49,588 nucleotides of DNA from an uncultured Clostridia bacterium (GTDB lineage Bacteria; Bacillota; Clostridia; Christensenellales; UBA1242), in contig CALVNE010000005.1 in NCBI GenBank assembly GCA_944349515.1, positions 1 to 49,588 on the forward strand, read 5' to 3'. A program made the translations under genes and the position numbers. Below, in pieces: positions 8,786-16,532 of the stretch; position 1 is the stretch's first letter; each line of letters begins with the position of its first letter. Under the pieces are notes generated by a model, which saw only the letters and a program-made list of their open reading frames with translations, did not search any database and was not told the origin of the DNA.

Positions 8786-10287
8786 TTTTCTATAAAAATC
8801 TCAAAAAACACAAAAAAACAGAAGAAAAAAACATCACCTTTTCAGTTTTTGGCGAGGGTGTCATTTCTAACGAGGACGATTTGATATCCAAACCCAATGA
8901 ATGCAAATCATTTTTTAATTTTACCTTGCTCGACGGCGCGCTTAAAACCGGGCTTGGCTTTAAGGAACTTGAGGTGCCGGCAAGCACGGACAACTTAACA
9001 TACGTGCATAACTTCGATTTCGCATCTAAAAATATCACCGAAATAAAGGATTTGAACCTTTTTAGATATTTGGATATCGAGGACGATTGTTATTATTATC
9101 ATCTTATAATAATGGACCAAAACGACCAACTTTGGACCCTTCTTTTAATTGATAACGCGGGAGGCTTGCCGATAAGTAAGTCGGCGCTATACTACACCGA
9201 CCTTGTTTCCACTTGCCCATACCGAATCGACCAATTCGATTGCCTTCTTTATTTCACCAAAACCGGCATGATTTACTCTAGCGCGTACAACACCGAAAAA
9301 TTTAACGATGTTCCAGCGCTATTGTCGTGCGTGGTGCATTATAACAAGGTTTTTGGCATTACTAACACAAATAGGAATGAACTTGTCTATCAGTCCAATT
9401 TGGATTTAAGGGAGTGGTCGAGCGAGGCGACAAGCGTCATTGAATTTTTGGACTCCATGGGCGCGTTCACAAAACTTGTTGTGTTTAACGATTACATCTA
9501 CTTGTTTCGCGAAAATGGCATAACAAAAATTTCTTCTTATTCTTCGCGTGATGAATTTTCTTTTACGCACCTATATGCTTCCACCTCTAAAATTTACGAA
9601 AATTCCGTTTGCGCGTGTGGCGAAGTGATATTTTTCGTAACGCGTGAGGGGTTATTCTCTTTCAACGGCACATCGGTAAGCAAAATTTGTGAGGAATACG
9701 ATAACTTCTTTAAAAATTTGGATAACTCAAACTGCTCCTCATGCTGTATGGACGGCAAATATTATCTTGCCACAAAATGTAATTTTGGCGACGGCGAGGT
9801 GATTGGCTGTGAGTCTAATAGCACCATGAAAAACAATGTGCTTTTTGAGGTGGATATTGAGAGTAAAAAGGTGGACCTACTGCGCGGGGTGGATATTAAA
9901 AAAATCGTTTCTGTTGACATTCCATATTACAGCAAAGTGGTGGCGTGCTTCAATGATGCTTCGAACAAAGGCAAGCTTGGTGAACTTGTGCACAGCGGAA
10001 AAAACTTTAATTCGGTGACAAGCAAAAAATGGCAATCTTTCAGCACGGACCTTGGCTATAAAGGCAAAAATAAGAAGATAAAAGAAATTATCTTAAACTC
10101 GTCTTATCCTTGTGAGGTGCAAATAATTTCCGACGTCGAAACTAAAACCTACTCTTTTGTTGGAAGCGACAAAGAACAGCGCGTTCTTGCTTCCGTCAAT
10201 GGAAGAAACTTCCAATTCGTTTTTATTACAAATGAAGCAGAAAGCCATATATCAAAACCGATGATTGTGTTTGATGTTATATCGTGA
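8776..10287 (+). CDS. Putative tail nozzle/head-closure protein (P22 gp10/T7 gp12-like beta-propeller)
   Basis: N-terminal NFTLLDGALKTGLG; propeller-like strands LVVFNDYIYLFRENGITKI and IFFVTREGLFSFNG; C-terminal DLGYKGKNKKIKEI. Confidence 0.65.
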   Translation: MALIFYKNLKKHKKTEEKNITFSVFGEGVISNEDDLISKPNECKSFFNFTLLDGALKTGLGFKELEVPASTDNLTYVHNFDFASKNITEIKDLNLFRYLDIEDDCYYYHLIIMDQNDQLWTLLLIDNAGGLPISKSALYYTDLVSTCPYRIDQFDCLLYFTKTGMIYSSAYNTEKFNDVPALLSCVVHYNKVFGITNTNRNELVYQSNLDLREWSSEATSVIEFLDSMGAFTKLVVFNDYIYLFRENGITKISSYSSRDEFSFTHLYASTSKIYENSVCACGEVIFFVTREGLFSFNGTSVSKICEEYDNFFKNLDNSNCSSCCMDGKYYLATKCNFGDGEVIGCESNSTMKNNVLFEVDIESKKVDLLRGVDIKKIVSVDIPYYSKVVACFNDASNKGKLGELVHSGKNFNSVTSKKWQSFSTDLGYKGKNKKIKEIILNSSYPCEVQIISDVETKTYSFVGSDKEQRVLASVNGRNFQFVFITNEAESHISKPMIVFDVIS

Positions 10288-10395
10288 AGTTGATTTATAG
10301 AAAATACCTTAAATTTTATAATTACAAACTTTTTTATTTGAATAAAGAAAATCTTTTAATAGACAAAGTTTTAAACATAAAAGGTGGGGTGAAAC

Positions 10396-10632
10396 ATGGA
10401 GCTTTGGAAAGAGATAATAAGCATTGTGGTGAGTAATGGTGTTTTTGCTGTTTTGTTTGTTTGGCTGTTTCTCTATCAACTCAAAGACTCGGCAAAGCGT
10501 GAGAAGAATTATCAAGAGACGATAGACAAACTGACAACAAGTTTAAATGTTTTAGACGAAGTGAAAGAGGAGGTAAGCGATATAAAAGAATTTTTGCGAT
10601 GTGAGGAGGAAGAAGATGAAGAGGCTGTTTGA
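10396..10632 (+). CDS. BhlA/UviB-family holin-like peptide
   Basis: SNGVFAVLFVWLFLYQLKDSAKREKNYQETIDKL matches the BhlA/UviB pattern (one TM helix plus coiled coil). Confidence 0.85.
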   Translation: MELWKEIISIVVSNGVFAVLFVWLFLYQLKDSAKREKNYQETIDKLTTSLNVLDEVKEEVSDIKEFLRCEEEEDEEAV

Positions 10633-11167
10633 AAAAATGAAATCATATAGTTTTTGGATATCATTTTCCGGCGCACTTGTGATTTTTCTGAACTGCTTAG
10701 GGAAAATTTTTGGTTTCCAAATTGAGAATGGAGTTGTGGAAGATGTGGTGATGTCGATTGCGGGACTATTGGTTGTTTTAGGTTTTGTGAGTAAAGAAAG
10801 TGACAGCGACGAAAAGGCTGAAAGCGAAAACGAAGAGCCTATCGAAAACGAAAATAGCGAGCAAGACGAAAGTGAAAACGGCGAACAAACCGAAAGTGAA
10901 GAACCTGTCGAGAGAGAAAATGACAATCAAACTGAACACGAAAACGGTGAGCAAAATGGAAGTAATAACATTGAGCAAACCGAAAGCGGAAATGATGTGC
11001 AAAGCGGTATCGGCGAACCTGACGAGGGTGGTAACGATGTGCAAAGTGAAGAGGAAAAAGGCGATGAAACCACAAGCGATAATGCCGAAAACGAAGATGC
11101 TTTAGAAGATAAAACGGATGAAGTTAAGAAAATTTTAAATGAAAATACAATAGATGATAATATGTAA
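10616..11167 (+). CDS. Holin-like 2-TM protein (phi LC3-like) with a long acidic repetitive tail
   Basis: KSYSFWISF...LLVVLGFV two-TM N-terminus, then ~120 aa rich in E/N/D/S. GAGGAGG RBS before ATG 10616. Confidence 0.6.
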   Translation: MKRLFEKMKSYSFWISFSGALVIFLNCLGKIFGFQIENGVVEDVVMSIAGLLVVLGFVSKESDSDEKAESENEEPIENENSEQDESENGEQTESEEPVERENDNQTEHENGEQNGSNNIEQTESGNDVQSGIGEPDEGGNDVQSEEEKGDETTSDNAENEDALEDKTDEVKKILNENTIDDNM

Positions 11168-11182
11168 AATTAAAAATGAAAA

Positions 11183-11196
11183 TGCATAATTATGCA
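11183..11196. promoter_or_regulatory. ARG-box-like palindrome
   Basis: Perfect palindrome TGCATAATTATGCA; a second box TGCATAAATATACA at 11386-11399; same form as the boxes upstream of argR. Confidence 0.45.
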
Positions 11197-11212
11197 AAAT
11201 ATTTGCCACTTT

Positions 11213-11248
11213 ATATGGCCGGCCTTAAAAAGTCGGTCATATTTTATA
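11213..11248 (+). terminator. Intrinsic terminator closing the phage-like operon
   Basis: ATATGGCCGGC/GTCGGTCATAT hairpin followed by a T-rich run. Confidence 0.6.
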
Positions 11249-11559
11249 TTTTCTAAAATCTATCAACTTTTTAAAATAATAAGGTTATTTTCAAAAAAAT
11301 AAAAAAAAAGGCGTCAAAAATTTGTTTTTTAAAATTTGAAAATTTTTTAGTAAAACTTCATTATTGCAATTATTTAAAAACGTTATGCATAAATATACAT
11401 TTAAATTAATAAATTTGCGCCATAAAAATATTGGTCATATTTAAACTTATAAGAAAAATTTGTGTGAAAATTTTTAATTGCTTGTATTAAATTTTTTTTT
11501 GTGATAAACTAAAAGCGTGAAATTTTGTTATTTTTTTATGTATATAAAAATGGAGGAAT

Positions 11560-11853
11560 ATGAAAAAAATTCTTTACACGATTTTGTCTATTCTTGCGAT
11601 AATCTACATCGGCTTTTTGGCGGTGAATGTGATTATCCAAAAAACCGCGTGGGCGCCAGACATGGGCAACTTTCAAGCGGTGTTTGATTTTATTGTCAAC
11701 TTTGGTGGGGTGGCGATAATCTTCGCTTTTGCCGTTGTTAACTTTGCCGGGAATCCGCTTAAGATTGTCTTTTTCGTTTTGTTAATAATTGCCATTATCA
11801 TATATATTATAGTTATGGCTTGCCCAGATGTAATTTATAACCTATTTAGTTAA
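11560..11853 (+). CDS. Small 3-TM membrane protein
   Basis: GGAGG RBS, three hydrophobic segments, 12 bp upstream of polA. Confidence 0.75.
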   Translation: MKKILYTILSILAIIYIGFLAVNVIIQKTAWAPDMGNFQAVFDFIVNFGGVAIIFAFAVVNFAGNPLKIVFFVLLIIAIIIYIIVMACPDVIYNLFS

Positions 11854-11865
11854 GGGAGTTTTGTT

Positions 11866-14355
11866 ATGGAAAAATTTTTGATAGTTGACGGAAATAGTTT
11901 GGCGAATCGCGCGTACTATGCCATGCCGTATCTTTCCAATATTAAGGCGGAACCTTCGGGGGCAGTGTTTGGCTTTGCCAATATTCTTATTAAATTGATA
12001 ACCGTGCAAAGGCCGGACTATATTGCTGTTGCTTTCGACCACGCGCGCAAAACCTTTCGCAATGAAATTTTTGAGGCGTACAAGGGAACGCGAAAGGAAA
12101 CTCCGCCGGACCTTGTGAAGCAATTTCCTGTTATTAAAAATATGTTACAACTTATGAACATTAAAACGTTGGAATTTGAGGGAATTGAGGCAGACGACAT
12201 CATTGGAACGCTTGTCACGCACTCCGACAAGGAAAATATTTTGCTGTCTGGAGATAGAGATTTGTTGCAACTTGTGAATGGCAACACCACCGTTTGGCTG
12301 ACTAAGAAGGGTGTTACTGAACTAGAAAAAATGGACGAAAAGGCGATTAAGGCGAAATACGGCTTTGCGCCGAAGGGTATCATTGATTTAAAGGCGCTTA
12401 TGGGCGACTCTTCCGACAACATTCCGGGTGTGAGCGGTGTGGGAGAAAAGACCGCACTTTCCTTGCTCGATAAGTTCGGCACGCTTGACGGGGTGTACGA
12501 AAATGTGGAAAGCATCACCGGAAAACTTAAGGAAAAACTCATTGCGGACAAAGATAACGCCTATATGTCAAAGACGCTTGCCACCATTAAAACCGACTGC
12601 AATATTAAGGTTGATATTGAAGAGTTTAAATATGATTTTCCTTTTTCAAATGCCGTGCGAGAATTTTTCGAATATATGAATTTTAATTCCTTTTTGAAAA
12701 GAGAGGATATTTTTGCTTCGCCTGTGAAAAAAGAGGTAAAGGTTGAAGAGGTGCTGATTGACGACTTAAAGGTTGTGAATAAACTTGTTGAAGAAATTAA
12801 CGGCGAGTTTGCTTACGACTTAGAGGAGTTAAAGTTTGCTTCCAGAAAGAGGGTGTACTATCTTAAAAAAGACCTCGATTTATTCTCTGCCAATATTGAT
12901 GAGGGCGAAGTGCTGAAATTATTAAAAAATGTCTTTGAAGATGAAAATATCGTAAAAATTACAAAAAATTCAAAAAAAGATGTGAAAATTTTAAAAAAAT
13001 ACGGTATTTTTCTTAAAAATTTCTTCGATTTGGGAATTGCACGCTATGTTTGCTTCTCTTCATATGTTAAAGATAATGATATTTTGGTGTCTGAATTTTT
13101 TGAGGCAAAAGAAAGTTTCGTGGAAGAAATAAAGTCGAAAAAAGTCGATTATGTTTACTATAACATTGAACTGCCTCTTGTGGAAGTGCTGGCGGATATG
13201 GAAGAAAAGGGCTTCAAAGTTGACGAGAACATCCTTGACGAAATCGACAATAAGATCAGCGAGGAAGTGGCAGAAATTGAAGAAAAAATCTATGCCGAAA
13301 CGGGTGAAAAATTTAACATCAATTCACCTAAGCAAGTTGCGGAAATTCTTTTCGATAAACTAAAAATTGTGCCATATAACAACAAAAAACGCTCCACGAG
13401 TTTTGCCATTTTAGACGAACTTAGGTTTGAACATGAAGTGGTGAACAACATCATTCGCTATCGAAAACTCTATAAACTTAAAAGCACTTACATCAATGTG
13501 TATAAGGAACTTATCAAAACTCGCGGGAATGTTATTCACACCATTTTCAACCAAACTCAAACTAACACCGGGCGCCTTTCAAGTTCGGAGCCGAATATGC
13601 AAAACATTCCAACTCGCGACGAGGAAGGTAAGAATTTAAGAAAGATTTTTGTTTCAAAATTTGACGACGGATATATTGTCTCTGCCGATTACAACCAAAT
13701 TGAACTTAGGCTCCTTGCGAATATGGCGGACGAAAAGTTGATGATTGAGGCGTATCAGCACGGGGTGGATATTCACACGAAAACGGCAAGCGAAATTTTC
13801 AATGTTCCGGTCGACCGCGTCACAAACGCTATGCGTCGAGATGCCAAGGCGGTCAATTTTGGCATCATATATGGCATAAGCGATTTTGGACTTTCGCAGA
13901 ACATTAAAACCACGCGCGTGAAGGCGAAGGCGTATATAGATTCCTATTTTGAAAGATATCCAAAAATCAAAAAGTTTATGAACAACAACATTGAGTTTGC
14001 CAAAGAACATGGTTATGCGCGGACAGAGTTTGGAAGAATTCGAATGATACCAGAGTTAAAATCGTCTAACTATAATGTTAGGAAGTTTGGTGAGCGTGTT
14101 GCTATGAATATGCCTCTTCAAGGCACCGCTTCGGATATAATTAAACTTGCCATGATTGCCACATACCGCGAACTTAGAAAAATGGAAAGTCATATAATTT
14201 TGCAGGTGCACGACGAACTTGTTATAGATGTTAAAAAGGACGAACTTAACGATGTTTTGAAGATAGTAAAGAGTTGTATGGAAAACGTCAAGGCGTATGC
14301 TGTGCCACTTGTTGTTAGTGTTGGTGAGGGTAAGACGCTTTACGACTGTAAGTAA
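11866..14355 (+). CDS. polA: DNA polymerase I
   Basis: 5'-3' exonuclease motifs VDGNSLANRAYYA, EADD, GDSSDNIPGV; polymerase motifs TGRLSS, ADYNQIELR, KAVNFGIIYG, QVHDEL. Confidence 0.97.
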   Translation: MEKFLIVDGNSLANRAYYAMPYLSNIKAEPSGAVFGFANILIKLITVQRPDYIAVAFDHARKTFRNEIFEAYKGTRKETPPDLVKQFPVIKNMLQLMNIKTLEFEGIEADDIIGTLVTHSDKENILLSGDRDLLQLVNGNTTVWLTKKGVTELEKMDEKAIKAKYGFAPKGIIDLKALMGDSSDNIPGVSGVGEKTALSLLDKFGTLDGVYENVESITGKLKEKLIADKDNAYMSKTLATIKTDCNIKVDIEEFKYDFPFSNAVREFFEYMNFNSFLKREDIFASPVKKEVKVEEVLIDDLKVVNKLVEEINGEFAYDLEELKFASRKRVYYLKKDLDLFSANIDEGEVLKLLKNVFEDENIVKITKNSKKDVKILKKYGIFLKNFFDLGIARYVCFSSYVKDNDILVSEFFEAKESFVEEIKSKKVDYVYYNIELPLVEVLADMEEKGFKVDENILDEIDNKISEEVAEIEEKIYAETGEKFNINSPKQVAEILFDKLKIVPYNNKKRSTSFAILDELRFEHEVVNNIIRYRKLYKLKSTYINVYKELIKTRGNVIHTIFNQTQTNTGRLSSSEPNMQNIPTRDEEGKNLRKIFVSKFDDGYIVSADYNQIELRLLANMADEKLMIEAYQHGVDIHTKTASEIFNVPVDRVTNAMRRDAKAVNFGIIYGISDFGLSQNIKTTRVKAKAYIDSYFERYPKIKKFMNNNIEFAKEHGYARTEFGRIRMIPELKSSNYNVRKFGERVAMNMPLQGTASDIIKLAMIATYRELRKMESHIILQVHDELVIDVKKDELNDVLKIVKSCMENVKAYAVPLVVSVGEGKTLYDCK

Positions 14356-14363
14356 AAAACTCA

Positions 14364-14412
14364 AAAAATGTGCCTAGTTTTTCAAATTTTTTTGAAAAAA
14401 GCGCATTTTTTA
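14364..14412 (+). terminator. Probable terminator after polA
   Basis: AAAAAATGTGC...GCGCATTTTTT inverted repeat with an inner TTTTTCAAA/TTTGAAAAA stem. Confidence 0.5.
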
Positions 14413-14749
14413 TTATTTTGACCTAATTTTATTAATATTCGTTATTTTTTCAGCCTTAAATATCTCTGCGTAAAATGGGTGAATTAAGGCGATAAAATGG
14501 GCGCGTGCGAAAGTGAAATTTTACCATTTTTTTAAAAACATTATCCTTGTTTTTTAAAAATCTATCCCTATTTTCCGAAAATTTTCAACTTGTTTTTTAA
14601 AGTTTTTCTTAGGGTGTGTGGCGCGTGCGAGTCCTAATATTTCACATAAAAAGGCGCGCACAAGTTTTAATATTTAGGATAAAAATTTGTAAATGTTAAA
14701 AATTATTTGACTTAACTTTTATTTTATTTTAAAATGTTATTGGTGAAGT

Positions 14750-15169
14750 ATGCAGTACGATAGATACATGGGATTAGACTATGGCAACGCGAGAATTGGT
14801 ATCGCATTTTCCGACCTCTCTGGCACCATTGCAAGCGCGGATAGCGTTTATAAGTGCAAGGGTGAAGAGGAAGATGTTGTGTACCTCTCTGACCTCGCTT
14901 TGAAAAAAGAGGTTCGGCATATTGTCATTGGTCTGCCTCTCAACGCGGACGGCACCGAAAGTGAGATGTCGAAAAGGGTTTTGGCGTTTGGGCAAAAACT
15001 TAGCGACGTTTCAAAAATTGAGGTCTTTTATCAAGATGAACGCTACACATCGTTTGAGGCGGAGGAGTATTTGAAGGAGGCACGCCTGCCTTGGGATAAA
15101 CGCAAGGCGCTTCTCGACAAGGTCTCTGCACAAATCATTTTGCAAAATTATCTTGACGAAAGAAAATAA
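14750..15169 (+). CDS. ruvX: Holliday junction resolvase-like RuvX/YqgF
   Basis: GLDYGNARIGIAFSD, VIGLP, DERYTS, DKVSAQIILQNYL. Confidence 0.93.
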   Translation: MQYDRYMGLDYGNARIGIAFSDLSGTIASADSVYKCKGEEEDVVYLSDLALKKEVRHIVIGLPLNADGTESEMSKRVLAFGQKLSDVSKIEVFYQDERYTSFEAEEYLKEARLPWDKRKALLDKVSAQIILQNYLDERK

Positions 15170-15181
15170 AAGGGGAAAGGT

Positions 15182-15562
15182 ATGGATAAAAAGAAAATTC
15201 AAAAGGTGGAAGAAATCTCAAAAGAGGTGGAAGAGGAGTTGAGTGATTTCGACATTCTTGACATCATTCTCGACGAAAACAACACTGAGCCACTTATTTT
15301 GCAAGACGAAAAGGGCAAACAAATTCGCTTCGAGCAGGTGGCTGTTATTCCATATAACGAAAAAATCTATGTCATCTTAAAACCTATCGACAAGATTGAA
15401 GGCGTTGAGGACGACCAGGCTATCGTTTTTCTTGCCGACGAAACAAAGCGTCCAACCGTTTTGGTTCCAGAGCAGGACGAAAAGATTGCTGTTAAAATCT
15501 TCGACGAATATTATAACCTCGTTGAAGAGGCGAATAAGAAGAAAAAGGGTAAGAAAAACTAA
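15182..15562 (+). CDS. DUF1292-like acidic protein
   Basis: Acidic protein with LQDEKG...F...YVILKP pattern; usual position after ruvX in Firmicutes. Confidence 0.7.
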   Translation: MDKKKIQKVEEISKEVEEELSDFDILDIILDENNTEPLILQDEKGKQIRFEQVAVIPYNEKIYVILKPIDKIEGVEDDQAIVFLADETKRPTVLVPEQDEKIAVKIFDEYYNLVEEANKKKKGKKN

Positions 15563-15760
15563 TTTATCCGCTAGGTAAATTTTGCTACAAACGCACGGGC
15601 ACGAGGCTAAGTATAGTTTGGGCGCTACTTTTGGTGTGTATCATTTTACTTTCAACCTTTGTTGCATACTTTTTTTGTTGCGCATTTTTGGTTTGAGTGA
15701 AACTAAAAACAGAATATTTGGCGAAATTGTATATTTTAATAAAAAAGTGACAATATATTA

Positions 15761-15789
15761 TTGACACAAGTTTTTCAAAATGATACAAT
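15761..15789 (+). promoter_or_regulatory. SigA promoter with no credible downstream CDS
   Basis: TTGACA-17 nt-TACAAT with extended -10 TG. Confidence 0.75.
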
Positions 15790-15795
15790 TATTTT

Positions 15796-15962
15796 GATAA
15801 AGACTTGTGCTTTATCCAGTGTGCATTCTGTAAATGAAGTGCGTGCCTTTTCGCTTAACGGGTGAAGAGTCGGTTGAGAAAAATAACTGTAAAATTTGCG
15901 CTCCTATTAATGCACCAAAAAGAGAGAAGAGAGGTTTTTATAAGATTTTTCTTCTCTTTTTT
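15796..15962 (+). ncRNA. Putative structured small RNA of unknown family
   Basis: Own SigA promoter, 5' hairpin, nested multibranch stems and a terminator hairpin with T-tract at 15917-15962. Confidence 0.55.
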
Positions 15963-16025
15963 ATTTTTTATTTCAAAAATTATTCGAAAAGAAAAAATAA
16001 GAGTGAAAAAATAATAAACAAGCGT

Positions 16026-16070
16026 ACAAACAAAAATAATCCTCGCCTATCGGTTCGGATTATTTTTGTT
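16026..16070 (-). terminator. Terminator downstream of tRNA-Leu
   Basis: AACAAAAATAATCC/GGATTATTTTTGTT inverted repeat abutting the tRNA CCA end. Confidence 0.7.
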
Positions 16071-16152
16071 TGGTGCGGGCGGTGGGACTTGAACCCACAC
16101 TCTTTCGAACATGCCCCTTAAACATGCGCGTCTGCCATTCCGCCACGCCCGC
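16071..16152 (-). tRNA. tRNA-Leu (anticodon AAG)
   Basis: Cloverleaf GCGGGCG/CGCCCGC-ACCA; D-loop GGAATGGCAGAC; anticodon arm CATGT-TTAAGGG-GCATG; short variable arm; T-loop TTCAAGT. Confidence 0.95.
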
Positions 16153-16169
16153 TCAATGCTTGCCTTCCT

Positions 16170-16198
16170 ATTATATTAGTTTACGAGCAAAATGTCAA
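16170..16198 (-). promoter_or_regulatory. Consensus SigA promoter of tRNA-Leu
   Basis: Minus strand TTGACA-17 nt-TATAAT. Confidence 0.85.
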
Positions 16199-16263
16199 CA
16201 ATTTTTGCCAAATTTATAAAAAAACTTTAAAAATGTCACTTGAAAAAAGGGTGTTTTACTCTC

Positions 16264-16491
16264 TCACTTATTCTTTATAAACTCTATCAAATTTTTCTTT
16301 TTGTTTAGTGGCAGTGAACCTATCAAGTCTTGTAATTCTCTATCTTCGGCATATTCATAAATATTTTTGCTGAAAAATCTTTCGATAGGGAAGTTGCAAA
16401 CTTCCAAAATTTGCAGTAATTTTTCCACCGTCAAAACTATTCTTCCGCGTTCTATTTGGGCAATATAATGTCTTATTTTCAAACTTTTCAA
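16264..16491 (-). pseudogene. N-terminally truncated XRE-family HTH regulator
   Basis: YIAQIERGRIVLTVEKLLQILEVCNFPIERFF is the second half of an XRE HTH. The first helices and an RBS are not evident. Confidence 0.5.
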
Positions 16492-16532
16492 TTTGTTTGA
16501 TTTTTTTTCATATTTAATGTTATAATATTAAT

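Larger units (their letters stand above)
3676..11167 (+). mobile_element. Phage-derived virion-structure operon (GTA-like or domesticated prophage remnant)
   Basis: Ten co-oriented, tightly packed, intact ORFs in podoviral order. No terL, integrase, repressor, replication or endolysin gene in the block. Confidence 0.75.

Noticed and set aside
10552-11105. Several overlapping alternative-frame ORFs over the acidic holin tail
   Set aside because: Expected by-product of low-complexity sequence with few stop codons; no RBS support.
3676-11167. Complete inducible prophage
   Set aside because: No integrase, repressor, replication, large terminase or lysin genes, and no att-like direct repeats seen; host genes abut both sides.
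12700-13150. Short, degenerate 3'-5' exonuclease region of PolA
   Set aside because: Loss of proofreading motifs in PolA is common in Firmicutes.
14500-14680. GGCGCGTGCGA repeated twice plus an imperfect inverted repeat in the polA-ruvX gap
   Set aside because: Short, with no consistent structure or promoter/terminator frame; cannot be told from chance or decayed repeats.
15821-15917. Degenerate tRNA or tmRNA end suggested by the ...GCACCA terminus
   Set aside because: No T-loop consensus and no 7-bp acceptor stem; kept only as an unknown sRNA.
15834-16121. 95-aa ORF in the track
   Set aside because: No RBS; it crosses a terminator and runs antisense into the tRNA.
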